Shown here piece after piece: positions 48,340 to 61,586 of a stretch of DNA of 64,000 nt. This DNA comes from Tubiluchus corallicola (taxonomy: Eukaryota; Animalia; Priapulida). Numbering within the stretch: the first letter of the stretch is position 1; the number at the start of each line of letters is the position of its first letter. Position numbers and translations under genes: made by a program. The stretch spans positions 248,001 to 312,000 of the forward strand of contig JAQGDQ010000033.1 in NCBI GenBank assembly GCA_030141605.1, given 5' to 3'. The notes below the pieces were generated by a model. The model had not been told where the DNA came from, made no database searches, and saw only the letters and a list, made by a program, of their open reading frames with translations.

Positions 48340-48654
48340 GTAATTTTTTATTTTGATTATTTGTATGTATCGTTTTGTTACGGTAACGTAACAGCTCCCG
48401 TGTGCCCATGCCTGTGGTCATGAAGCAAAGCCTGCAAGAGCACCAGGGTGGTGCAGAATTACCAGACACTTGCCAGCATGAAGTCGCACAGAAAATAAAC
48501 TTAATGGCAAACATTCAGTTTCATAACTGATTTTAAAAATTCTAAAAATAAGTAAGACACAAAATCTTACCTTTAAAAAATAGTGTCCCACCAAATTATT
48601 TTGCAAATGATTTCACAAACCTAGAGTTCATTAAGTCAGCAAATGTAAGAAGTT

Positions 48655-48735
48655 GGGTATGCAATCTAGATTTGAACTAGGCACCTTGTGCTTATGTTGC
48701 AGATGCCTAATACCACTAGACCGCCCCTCTACCAG
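48655..48735 (-). mobile_element. tRNA-derived SINE head (degenerate)
   Basis: Minus strand has A-box-like cggtctagtgg and B-box-like agttcaaatc about 30 bp apart; no intact cloverleaf. Confidence 0.45.
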
Positions 48736-49607
48736 TGGTCAACATCAAGGCAGTCCAAAGTACATCCCTACTTTGAAATAATTATTACTTTACTACATAA
48801 CCACTAAATTAAAATGCAGAACAATTTTCCATAGCTCACCAATCACTACTAGCTTAAAACATTGCAGAGTTTATAATTCTTTTTAATTGAGATTAGAAGA
48901 AAATTCTGTTCAGTTTCAATGTGGCATTTTTATTTTTTACTTGATATTATATCAGAAATTGGTGCGGTAATATAGCCGATCATTTGGCTAAGCCTCAGTT
49001 TGTTGACACTAAAAAAATTTACTTGGGTTTGGTTAATAAAAATTGCCTTCGTGTACCAATTAAATTATTGTTTGATGTGCAGGCCAGCAGTCGCTCTCTG
49101 CAATACCCGACATTTAATTCTTTGCTCTAGAATGACTGTAGCAATCTAACAGGAAAATGCTGAATTCGACTGGCCAACTATTACGAATGAACTTTTGATA
49201 GCCTTGACCCTGGAAGATGCCATGGCATCTGCAAATGTAAGCAGAAGGCACTCCTTAAAGCCCAGCTGCATCACTGTTTCTTCCTGTCTTTCACTGTGTT
49301 TGTAGTATCAATAATGATCTTGATATTAAGTAATTAATGGGGTTCCAATAGTATATAGTATATGTATACAGTAACAAAGTTATGTTACTGTAAATGTGAA
49401 TGACTGAAACTAAAATTCTCCTGTCAAGCAAAATATTTGCGTAATTGCATTATCAGGCAATATTCGACTGTACGTATTAAGTTGTTTTTGAGATAAACGG
49501 AAAACAGGTCTTTAGTAGGCTTTAGTCATTTACTCATTTAACTGCATTGGAATTAAAGTTATGTAGTTTTAAAGGTAGCTGTCTTAACTTTTTTTACTTG
49601 TTTTTAG

Positions 49608-49731
49608 TCTCTAGCGCATGCAAGATTAGCAGTCAAAGAAATTGGGTTGATTTTAGTGACGAAGAAGCTGAAAAGGAGAACAAGAATGAAACCGCAGTTG
49701 CTGCAGATGATTTTGACGATTGTTTTGCTGC
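49608..49731 (+). CDS. LDLRAP1: LDLRAP1 exon 5
   Basis: ...NWVDFSDEE...DDFDDCFA; AG/GT boundaries; phase consistent. Confidence 0.82.
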
Positions 49732-49901
49732 GTATGTATTTTTGCTTTGCAGTTTCTAGCTGTTATCACTTATATTTTTCAAATTGATAGACACATGAGA
49801 ACTTAATGTGTTTTTGGCTAGTTTATGTTGTTAACTTAGTCACACATTGTTTTGCTGCCCTATTGTAAATTTAATATGTCAGTATTCATGTATTTTTACA
49901 G

Positions 49902-50067
49902 CTTTGCGGAAGCCAGGCTAAAAACTGGAGAAAAAATATTTTCAACCAACATTTCTGATGATGATGAAGGCTCTGTCAAAGGCACCAGTCGGGAATCATC
50001 TCGTGATAGGAAGTATAAAGGTCATATACGACATAACAGCTCAGTTGATGAATTATTATGTTTGTAG
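49902..50067 (+). CDS. LDLRAP1: LDLRAP1 exon 6 (last)
   Basis: FAEARL... completes the AP-2 beta-appendage motif; TAG at 50065-50067. Confidence 0.82.
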
Positions 50068-51829
50068 CAGTAAATGTGATTGATATGACTTCGTTTATGT
50101 GAATAAATATTTGGAAAGTACTCTGTACCAACTATAGATGGCACATGTAATATTCTTGTATAAGTGGCTAAGAGCACCATCAACCTAGTGTCTAACTTAT
50201 AAAAGCTTCAAAATAATTTTATTTAATTGGCCTAATAACTTAGAATTATATTTACTGTGATTTCCTAACTATTTCTACAGTGTTTAAATTTTAAAGAGTT
50301 TGTTTTTGTGCTTGCTGTATTAAGACACTGCAGTAATACATTGGACCAGTGAGTCTACGCATACTTAATTTATTTTGTATTGTTTTGCCGGACATGTGCG
50401 TTTCAAACTTTATTGCTGAGAGAAAGGTTTTCAATAGTTTATCTTAAATTAATCTCAAGTCTGAGTTCTAAAGCTGAGACTTGTCAAGTAGGACATTTTA
50501 TGTCAGTGAATGTGTGTCACAAATTTAACACATGTAATTATTGTATACAAAACAAATGCTTAAGATAGTGTTACATTGTAGAATATCTGTTTTATATTGT
50601 GCATGCATGTTTCACTTGTTTTTTTTTCACTCCGCATATCGTCTCTATAACCTGTTTTGTTGCTGATTCTGTGTTGTTTTCATTACGTTTAATACAAGAT
50701 TTGTCATTAAATAAACAATGTTAGTATAGCCTTAACATTAATTTTGATTTTGTTTCTGAATTAGCTCTGACCAAAATTCACTAAAAAAATCATCATTCAC
50801 TAAAATATCACAAAATAAATAGACTTATTTGAGTTCTACATACTGCCTCTTGGTATTTAGCAGTGTGCTGCAAATGTTGAATGTGATGGGGCTAGAATCC
50901 AGCTGATCATCTGTTGAAAAGAGGATTTTGAAGTAATCATGCACATGCTACAATGCAATGAACCAAATGGGAAGCTTAAAAATCAGAATTTTTACAGTTC
51001 AGTTGGTTTATAATCACTTGCAAAGTGGAGTCTACCAAGACTAAGCTCTTACAAACACTGTCGCAGGATGCATGCTGATCATAAAATGGCTTGCTTCAAA
51101 ATTTCTGTCATTTACCTCCCCTGTGAGTGCTAATTGATTTCTCAACTGCATTTTATAGAGTTTCATCAACACATCCTAAGCATCTTTCCATTTCTGGCAC
51201 ATCACTAACTTGTTCCTCCCGTATTCTTCCTAACTCGGCTGCCTGAACAGTATAATTTATCAGCCTTTAGATATTTAGTTCTGTTTGCACCCCATGATAT
51301 AGCTACGTCATTTAATAATTAACATTTTGTCTTTCTTTATCACAATTATGTTAGGACGTTTAATTGTGGTGAGCTCCTAGGTAGTTCATATTTATGAGTA
51401 AATGAGTTTAGCTATTCTGTCATTACGTATATTGAATCGTGCATTTGCCAAAATTTAATGAACTGTACCTCTATAACATCTTCTTTGGATGTTGGTATTA
51501 AATGATTTTGGCATTATAACGATTTGCACTAATAAGTACACATGCCTAAACTGATACAGACATTTTGTTTTCCCAAAAATTTGGGCATTTAGCAAGGTTG
51601 GCATTATAAAGAGACGTTATAAAGAGGTTTGACTGTATTCACAATTACTCGCTCTTACTGTTACATGTTTGCATGGCAAGTTACTGCTGCTCACTAGCCA
51701 GTAGCCCTGCATCGAGACGTGTTTCCATTAAATGAAGCCGCGCCCCCAAAGCAGGACTCTCTGGACTTACGAGGCGTGCTCCTCGGTCCGAAAGGTTCAA
51801 CCTAGGTCTATGCTCCCAAACCCCGAAAT

Positions 51830-52905
51830 GTTATGACGATTTGACATATAGTGGACCCCAACTGTGTGTATTAGGATTGATACTAGCCGAGACATTTCCC
51901 AGCACGCTACAAATAGTTACATCTGCCCTTAATACTACTAATTGAGGGAGTACGGTGCGTTGTGTCTGTCGATGTAAATAATCGCCCACCCACATTCTCT
52001 GTGTTTCTGTGATGTATAGAGCTACTCATGCAGGCAAACAGTTGTTCATTCACTCATATATTTAAATATTGATTATTAAATTACGTGTTATTTACCATGT
52101 GATTCACCCTATTTCTGGTAAACTAACATTTCGTTATTTTAGGTGCCACTACAATTGAATATGTTATTTTAGGTCCTGTCACATGTTCTAATCCTGACTC
52201 TGATTAAGATTTTTATTCGCGTACTGGCATTATTAAACTGTTAAACACCTTGACTTGCTACTATTTTTGTGATCTTCTTTCAACATTGTTCCTGATAAAA
52301 TATTTCTGTAACCTCAACATGCAACACGAATGCAATAAAACCGATACAAATGAGTTGAAATATAAAAGCTCTCGGCTAAATAACTTTAATGACGAAATAT
52401 GGTTCACATTGACAAGAATTTCAAAGAGTGACATGATCCAAACTGGTATCATTGATAAAAATATAACAGATAGCGAAAAGGGCTATTTTAACAACCTAAG
52501 CGTTTCAAAAGTTATAGTTTTGACATAGATACAGTGATTTACTGAACTTTACCAACTCAAGCCAAAGAAGAGGTGAATTAGGTCACCTGACAGCAATTTC
52601 ATAATGGTAACAAGTGCAAGGAAGTACAAGGAAGGTCACTTACCGAATCAATCTCTCTCACCACCTGCTCCTGTCTCTACTCTGTCTAGCAAGTAAAATA
52701 CAGAGAGATTCAACACTAAATATTTCCTGTAAAGTAGCTTTCTCGCAAACTCGCAAATCACTTCTCTTCCTCTCTCTCATTCTCTGGTTTTCCCGCACTT
52801 GCATGACATATATATATATATATATATAGATATATATATCCACAGCCACGCCGCGACGCCCTCATATTCACTATCAACAACACAAACTTGGCAAAATAGG
52901 GGTAT
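51830..52905. repeat. Dispersed repeat, copy 2 (homologous to 33175-34070)
   Basis: Same ordered blocks as copy 1; carries a (TA)n tract. Confidence 0.8.
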
Positions 52906-53579
52906 GGTGGTCCCACAAGTCAGACCACCCCAGGTTCGTTACAAGCATTCTCAATCAGAAAGTTGTTCGAACCACCAGTAAAAATTTGTTTTATAAAGAT
53001 CGTGCATATTGCTGGATTTTGTTCTGCAGCAAAACCAATCTGTTTTTAAAATTGTGCACAGAAATCACAGCTAAATGATGCCAATTGCATGATGTTTCAA
53101 TCGTTTTAGTGATAAAGGATGTATGAAATTGAAGTGCTGAATCCATAGTTTTAGCTTCGAATCAAATTCCAACTTAAAAACTCTGTCAAATCGAATTCGA
53201 ACGTTCGATATTCACCCCTACCACTCACTCGATATGCAGTCTTTAGACTTGCCATGCGAACACTTCCACACCATATTCCATTTTGTCAGGTGTAATGATT
53301 AGTAACAAATCACATTTGGATTGTATTAAAAGTTGATCGTGCTTGCCTGAAAATGGTAATGTCGTATCCTGCATTTGTTAAACTAAGTTTTGGATTAAAC
53401 AATTATTTTAATGTTACTCACGTGTTTCTTAAATACATTATACGAGCCTAAATTTCATATCAGGCGCATTTCTTAACTGTTTCGTTGCCTTTCATCAGTT
53501 TCACTTCACAGTTTCATTTTTGGGAAGGTTAACATACTCAGTTAGACTGAGTGACTCCCTTGGTACAGCACCATAAACG

Positions 53580-53800
53580 CCACTAGTTACCAGGCCTCTT
53601 CTGCCCAAGTTACGTGCTGCATATAAATTGTCTAGCCGTAGGATGTGCTCGATATGTATCTTCCTGTCTAATTTTGAACTTCTGAGAGCTCATTCCAATT
53701 TATAATCCATCCAGATGATCTCATTACAGCAAACAACATCACATAAATTTATGGCATCCACTTGATATAATTATATTCAAATCAGTTTTCAGTATCTTGT
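53580..53800 (-). mobile_element. R4/Dong-like LINE fragment
   Basis: Minus-strand pieces IINW.EL..KLDRK, HP, LY..RNLGRRGL resemble the post-RT motif HPKA..DRLY..R..GGRGL. Confidence 0.5.
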
Positions 53801-55605
53801 GACATCTTTTTATATATCCAGTTGCAATTTTATTGGTAAGTTTCGTTGCCTATTATTGGTGAAGTGCCTTAATTATTATTAAATATCATCATCATTAGTA
53901 TTTTTATTGCGATTGTTGTTATTATTATTTTGTTATTTTTGCTGCATACCTTTAGTTTTAGATCAACGTAAACGAAAGTTAGGAAAAACTTCATATACAT
54001 ACTGCATAGCTAGTTTAGCTACAAGTAGACATTGACTAAGAGTCGTGGACATGGAGCAATGTAGTAAATTATTACAATGTTATATGACTTTTATAATTAA
54101 ACCTCGTGATAGTATCTGAGCTCGCGAACATTTGACGGCATAAATTGCATGACAACAGTCGGAAGCACTACCATAGATATATTATATCTATGGTATTGTC
54201 TCCTACAGGCTGTAATTGTTGTCATCATCATCTGCCTAGTTATATCAAAGTATACACAATAAAGTAGGGAAAGTCCTTCTGCGCAGTAGTTCGCGCAGTT
54301 AGTGTCGCCCTAGCGGCTATTCAGTACGGCCTGTTGTTGTCAGGTACGCAACAGCGCAGGCTGTGGGTACTGTAGCAGATGAATTGATGAGACCATCAAA
54401 ACCAGCCCGGTTAACAGGTGCTCATAAATTGCTCAGCAGTGAGTTGCAAAAACACAAAAGGATATCTTTTTAAATTTCGCAAGGATGCAGCCAGGTAATT
54501 ATAATGAAATGTTAATTATAACACAGTTTTGAAACTTTTGTTACTAGTTAAATATTTTGTATGCTAAGCAAAGACTGCAAGGCTTACATCTCTCTTTGGC
54601 GATTTATAGCAGCTGTTATCTTTTTGTATATTATTTAAAGCAAGCATAAGGCGTTAAGAATAATTTGTAGTTAAAATAAAAATTATTATAATCATATCTC
54701 ATAAAAATTAATAGGCTTATTTACAAAAGAAGTTAAGAAAGTTGATCAAAAGAAAGAATACCTGGCTCATGTAGTATTCGATTTCTGGAGAAATATTTTT
54801 TCTAAAAAACATTTCTATTTCATATGTTCTTATCAGGAAATATAACTTGAAGAAATATTAGGCCTGACTTTCATGTGTAATACCTTTCATAGAAAAAAAT
54901 CGATTTTTTTCAGAAGAGCAAATAATTTTCCAGAACATAACTTAATCTAAGCATCTGCATGTTTTGTTAATTCCAAGTTAAAAAATGTTTAAAAAGCATA
55001 TAATCATACATTGGTCTTTGTTATGAGTTGGAGTTCGTTATAAAATTACGTTGAACAAGCAGAGAAGCATTTACGACATTACTCCTCTTTTTTATTATCA
55101 GTGAACAAAAAATAACTGAAGGAAACATCAGAGCTGTCATCCTAAGCAGCCGACATAACTTCCACCTCTATAACAACCAACTAACTATGTCAAAACCTAG
55201 TTAAAGAATTCAGGCGAGAAGCATAAATTAGAATCTGCATTGTCATAATACCTTATAATATCATGTGCAGACATTACTTATATTTGGCCTAATTTTTTAA
55301 GATTCAGTTAGGCTTACATCAAAATAAATGTTCATTAAATACAGTTTGCTTACGTGTAAAAAATGTACTTGTATAATGTTCTCTTATTTTGTTTATTAAT
55401 TAGACTCTTTAGTATTATTTTAACGCATGTACTTTGCAGCTCGATTCATTACATCATTTACTTTATTACATCAAATTCATTGAGTCATCTACAAAAGCAC
55501 GCATATCTTTAATAATTTTTTCATTATCATTTAAGTAAGGTGAGTGTGTTAATGACAGTATGGTCGTACACTCACCTCACACTACTCAAATTATTTTATT
55601 TATTG

Positions 55606-55611
<6 letters not shown>

Positions 55612-55668
<57 letters not shown>
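55612..55668. repeat. (TA)n microsatellite
   Basis: Direct observation; another (TA)n lies at ~10508-10533. Confidence 0.95.
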
Positions 55669-55669
<1 letters not shown>

Positions 55670-57529
55670 ATAATCTTTATTTGCCATTAAAAACATTGAT
55701 AATCACTGATAAAAACTTTACAGAGATAATCAATCAGTGTTAGTTAATAAAAACTTGCACTGCTGAAGGCAAATGCATCAGTGCAATCTAAACTACTGTG
55801 CAGTAATGACGAATAAAATCAAACATATTTACAACCATACACAAAAAAATATAAAAAAACAAACTATGATTTAATTAATATGGCCGTGGGTATATGAATT
55901 CTGAATTAGTGTGTATGTTGTCGTACTGGTGTGATGGTATTTCATATCTGGTTAATATTAGTGATTTTAATTTTGTTATAAATATGTGTACAATTTATGT
56001 GTACAATATTGTATTTTGATGTGTGAAATAAAATTCATAGTTCATAGTTCTGTCTTTCTTTTAACTCTCTCTCTCTAAGAGAGGGAGGGAGAGAAAAATC
56101 AATAAATCAATGAAAAATGCATTACTTCTTTACATAGCAGGCAGCCTATCACGCAGTCAGCTAGCCTCTTTCCTCAGGAAAAACAATAAAATTTTACTTA
56201 CAAGAAAACTGAACAGGCATTTGCAAGTACATAATACAAAATTATTGCTACAATTTTTTTCCTTTTCATGAAATGTTTTCAGTTTTTTTAAACTAATAAT
56301 TGCTTTTAATTGAGATATACTTCTTTTATTAAAAACGCAAAAGTGATTTTGGCTTATCAAAATTGCACGTATGCCAACACTACTGGTGAACTTAATAATA
56401 TTATTATTACAGTCAATGCGGCGCTCCAAATTTTTTACTGAATGGCCGTTTGATGCCGCCAGCATAGCCGCTAATCGCAAAAAGGAAAATACGTAGGCTC
56501 TTTCGTCCTTCCTCTTTATACACTTTGGTTATATCAAAGAATATTTAACATATCTATGGCTACCACTACCTTTTACTATGATACTGGATTTGAAGATTCC
56601 TATTACTTTGAGTAGTGGTGGCGAGAATTTTTTGGTAGAAAGTATGATTGTATTCTCCGAAATAGTGTTGAAAAGCTGCCGCCACTGGTGTAGCAGTATC
56701 GTTACCGTCGAAGGATAAAGGTTAAGCATAAACTTACAATAAGTACATGTAAGTGTATCAAAGTATGCGAAGCATACTAAAGTAAATAGCATAATAATAA
56801 TATAATGTACTTTTGCAATTATTACATCCGCTGTAGATAGGCAATGAACAGTTTTATTTAATATACCTGTGGAAAAAATAATGCAATATTTTAATTCATG
56901 CTGAGAAAAAGGTAAAAATAACAAGAGCCCTAATTATAGTGTTAGGAACTTTTAAACACTTCATGAATTTTGCAGCAAACTGATTTCAAGCGGAGTAGCC
57001 TTGGCTCTGCATAAAAAATTATATCTCGGATGTCGTACTATAATGTTGCCGAATACAGTTTACTTTATTAGCAGATAGGGGGCATACGAAAAGCACATTG
57101 TTTTCGTCTTGAATACCAAGTCCACACTCACACGTCCTCTCTCGTGGATTTCTCGATCATCTTACTGTTTCTACCTTCAACCTATGCGAAGACAATAATA
57201 AACGAGATGTACAAAGCGGGCAAATTCAGGCACATCAGCGTCGTGGTATATTTGGGGCTGCTTCAAATCTGGTTTAAAATGCACATATCTAGTGGATTGT
57301 TTATTTCTGCATTATACCATTAAAAGATATGAATGATCTACGTGCTGTAGTACATAGTGCCTAAACTTTTAAGGGTATAATTTGTATTGTTAGCAAATAA
57401 TCCGGTTTTTATATCAGAAGAATAGGGCAGATATTTTATAGTATACGTATATTTTGTAATTTATTTTTTGTGTTTACGGCAGATTAGAACAATGTGAGAC
57501 AAAATTTTAAGACAACTGCAACTTCAGCG

Positions 57530-58885
57530 ATGGGAATAAAAACTAACTTGCTAGAAACATTGAAGAACAACTTTCCTTGCCGAGAGGCACAAATCGAAGC
57601 TTTATCACAGGTCTGTGACAACAGTGGTTCAAAATCATATCCCAGTATCTATATCTATGGACATGCAGCCACAGGAAAGACTGCTTTAGTTGCTTCACTA
57701 CTAGACTTTCTACAAGCACCAACAGCTTTTATAAATTGTATAGAATGTTACAGCTTAAGGCTATTTTTTGAAACTATACTTTGTCACCTATCAAAACATA
57801 TTCCCGCTCCAGATAATGGCTTTAGAGGTTATGCCAAGTGCGAAAATGCTAATGACTTCTGTCGTCTTCTGAAGAAATTAATTGAAGAGAGGTGTTTACA
57901 AAATGAAAGTGTTTACATTGTTTTGGACAATGCTGAACGTCTCCGTGAAATGGACTTGTTACTACCTACAATGCTGCGCTTGCGAGAATTGTTAGATGAA
58001 CAATATGATGTTCGCGTGTTACTGATTAGCAAATTGTCTTGGGATAAATTTCGTTCCAGTACTGGGTTACTGGAGCCTTTGCAGATTCATTTTCCAAATT
58101 ACATGCGGCAGGAACTATTGGAAGTTATATGCAAAGACTGTCCAAGCAATTACGATGAACAATTTTTCCGGGGTTACATTAGCATTTTACTCGGTGTATT
58201 TGGAGCGGTTTGCCACAATTTGAGCGAACTGAGACACCTTGCAAAGTTGAATTTTTCACATTACTGTAAACCTATTGAAATGCGAGAGGCAACTACTCAA
58301 GATGTGAGAAAGCTTTGGCGAAACATTGAGCCACATTTTCGAAAGGCTCTAGACACCGTGTACTTGAGAGAAGTTTCAAGCAAGCAATGGCAGCAAATGC
58401 AGGGTGACGTTCAGAGTAATGTTGTACATACATCATACATACCACACTTACAACAGGGCACAGCACCTAGAGCAAATGTCGAGCTTCCGTTTTATTCCAA
58501 ATATCTCCTCATCGCAGCTTACCTTGCATCTTATAATCCAGCAAAATCCGACAAACGGTTTTTCTCCAAACACCGATTAGGAAAGACTAAGCATTTGACG
58601 AAGAAAGGGACTAAAGTGACTAATCAACTAATTGGACCTAAGGCATTTTCTATCGATAGAATGTTAGCAATATTCTATAGTATTGTAGAAGATAAAGTTG
58701 CCCCATCAGCTAGCATATTTTCGCAGATATCATCTTTGGTTACACTTAGACTTCTCGCAAGAGTGGGTAATGATGATCAGATAGACAGCACAAAATATCG
58801 ATGCCTGGTCTCACTAGACTTTGTTTCATCTGTTGCTAAAACATTGAAATTTGATGTAAAAAAGTATTTGTATGATTTTTTGTAA
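57530..58885 (+). CDS. ORC5: Origin recognition complex subunit 5, intronless CDS
   Basis: FPCREAQI, Walker A YGHAATGKT, FINCIECY, IVLDNAERLREMD, VELPFYSKYLLIAAYLASYNPAKSDKRFF, GPKAFSIDRMLAIFYSI, terminal YLYDFL; ATG at 57530 preceded by an acceptor-like tttacggcag (57481-57482). Confidence 0.96.
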   Translation: MGIKTNLLETLKNNFPCREAQIEALSQVCDNSGSKSYPSIYIYGHAATGKTALVASLLDFLQAPTAFINCIECYSLRLFFETILCHLSKHIPAPDNGFRGYAKCENANDFCRLLKKLIEERCLQNESVYIVLDNAERLREMDLLLPTMLRLRELLDEQYDVRVLLISKLSWDKFRSSTGLLEPLQIHFPNYMRQELLEVICKDCPSNYDEQFFRGYISILLGVFGAVCHNLSELRHLAKLNFSHYCKPIEMREATTQDVRKLWRNIEPHFRKALDTVYLREVSSKQWQQMQGDVQSNVVHTSYIPHLQQGTAPRANVELPFYSKYLLIAAYLASYNPAKSDKRFFSKHRLGKTKHLTKKGTKVTNQLIGPKAFSIDRMLAIFYSIVEDKVAPSASIFSQISSLVTLRLLARVGNDDQIDSTKYRCLVSLDFVSSVAKTLKFDVKKYLYDFL

Positions 58886-61586
58886 CTTTGAAATGCAAAA
58901 TTATTTTATAAATGTATTACATCTGAGTGCTTATTGAGTAAAATAAAATTTGAATAGCTAAAATTAATTTACACGTACCATACATAAGCAGCTGTACAAC
59001 TGTTATGTATCTGTATCAAACAACACTGTTTTGTGATATGGGAATGTACCTCAACTCTAGCACTGTTGACTGTAATAAGAATTGTCTTTCAGACTAATGC
59101 TTAACTATACAGTGTGTGGTGTAATTAGTAAACGAGGCTGGCCCTTGGCCATGTAAGGCAGGAGCATGGCAAAAAAGGTGGTATTCACCAATTATGTTAA
59201 TTCATTACCCTAGATAATACACTATATGTGAACGCATGTAGGAATCCGATCACTGGCAATCAGAGTAATTTACATAATTCATTTTTTATTGTTAACAAGT
59301 GACAATGGTGAAAGGGAAAAAACATCTATAACCTTTCTTCCAAAGGTGCTAAAACTAAACAATGATTATACATACTGGTTGTCAGATACCAAACTATGCA
59401 AACTTTGATCAGAATTGTACCTCTCTGTCCCCTGTAGATGAAAATGATTTGATAGTTAAAGTTTGTACAATGTCATGTAACAACCAAACAGTTTTATAAT
59501 TTTAAAGAGCTACATACGTTCTATATAGTTTTCTCTGATTTCTTCTCATATTTCCTCGAGCATTACTCAACTGAAAGCAGATGTCGTATTCAACATTCAG
59601 TTATACATACAACAACACATTAATGCGTAATTTCAAACGAATTTATTCTTTACGAATATAGTAAGATTACAGTATGTATGGTTCTGTATATAATATAATC
59701 CGTTGTCCCATCATAATGGTGTATTGTGCTGTCAAGACAGCTAAGGCTTACCACCAGTACAAAAAAATTAACACCCTAACACCAACAAATTTTTACTAAA
59801 ACCAGTTAAAGTCATCGGGTAATTTGAATGAACCAAGCTGAATCATTATTTTCCTGTGTTGTGTAATTTCAGGCTTCAGCTAATTCTCGTGTCAGCAGTA
59901 TTATATCAAATGCACACTATCAACAGAATTATATCAGACGAGGAATGTTAAATGATCCACTTGTCCTATATATTGCTTACATTTCTGCAATAATGAACTA
60001 ATGTATAGATAAAAGCATATATTTTTACTATAACTACCATGTACTATACATTCATTATACAGTAGTCAATTCGGAGAAGCACTGTTAGTTATTTTTACTG
60101 TTACAAGCATAAAAACATATGCCTGTAAATACATGTATATGTTCAGTCACCCAAATGTACAGGGAACAAGTGTACAATTTTAAACTTTAAATGTCACAGC
60201 ATTAGTTAAGGAAAACAGTATACCATTTTAACTATACGTTAAAGTGGCTAACCGTCTAAAATATTGAAAGGATGCACTGCACACAAAATAAGCACTGCAA
60301 TGGATTAACAGAACACAACCCCCTCACAAGATTACAGCAGGTCAGTTCAACCTCAAAATCCACAGGAAGTTCACTGTCGTTCAAAAAATTACCCACAGTG
60401 GCATCATCCCTGCATCCTAAATGCATTTACCAGCCATTAATTGAATTTCTAAACTAAAATTTATTACTCAAGTATATATGCATTATTATTGGTACTAAAA
60501 AGCATATTTTAGATCTTTGGACAAAATGGGATATAGCTGGAAAAGTCATTATTTTCACTTCATAAAATATTACATTGCACGAATTTGCAGATTCACAGAT
60601 CTACGATCATATACTGACATTCAAGGAAGCACTATTATGTATGTTCCAAGACAATATATGTATACATATTTTGAAAAAAATCTGTAAAACAATGTTTAAG
60701 CTCATTCTGTCTGTCAACATCAATTTAACATGTTTAATAGTATAATAACATCTAATGACTAGAAGTAGTGTGCAAAAATCACTCGATAAGATTTGCCACA
60801 ATTTGTATAAATTATAAATTGACTTTAGCAAATATTGAACTATTCATCTTAGCTTGACAAACCTTAGTGCTATATCTGTGCAGACATATCACACCTCCTG
60901 GATTGTTTGGCACCTATTACCCTATGCCTATTACATATAAATGCACAGCTTTGCTCAATACGAACTGCTGTACAAGTTCTTGCTTAAATGACTGCTAGAT
61001 GTAAAAATTATGTATACATCGCTTGTTTCAAAACTGTCTCATCTACAGCAACAACATATTGAAAATAACTAATATTACTCTACTACTCTACAGAATTGAA
61101 CTATCTGGGTGACTAAAACTCCTATTGCAATTACTTTTATTATATTATCATCTGCAATCCATTAAAAAGTTATTGTACATTACATTATGTGTAAAATTAT
61201 GTATATAATAATTTAACGTCTATATTACTATTACACCTATGCAACGGTAGATTTTAGATTACATCACAATTTACTTGGCAGCAGTGCCAAATCCTCAATG
61301 CACAACCCTAATAGACTTGTAATCACAGACATGCTTATTTCAAAATCTAATCTGCAGTTAAAAATATACAAGCAGCTTGTACATGCTTTTAACTTAGTCT
61401 GGATTCACTTCGTAGTGTCCAAAAAATATAAAACTAAATTGTGCATGAAACTTAATAAAATTTATATTACATGTACTTGCATTACGATTTTTACTTCCTT
61501 AGTGTGCAGCAGTGCAAATTGGCAGTTAACTTCAACTTCCAAACTTGGCATTAAGCATAAGGCATTCTCCTCTTATACAAAATTTG

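Noticed and set aside
48655-48735. tRNA gene
   Set aside because: Only A/B-box-like remnants; acceptor and anticodon stems cannot be formed, so it is treated as SINE-like.
56157-56924. 107-aa and 131-aa minus-strand ORFs upstream of ORC5
   Set aside because: Non-ATG starts, AT-rich composition, no recognisable domain or splice support.
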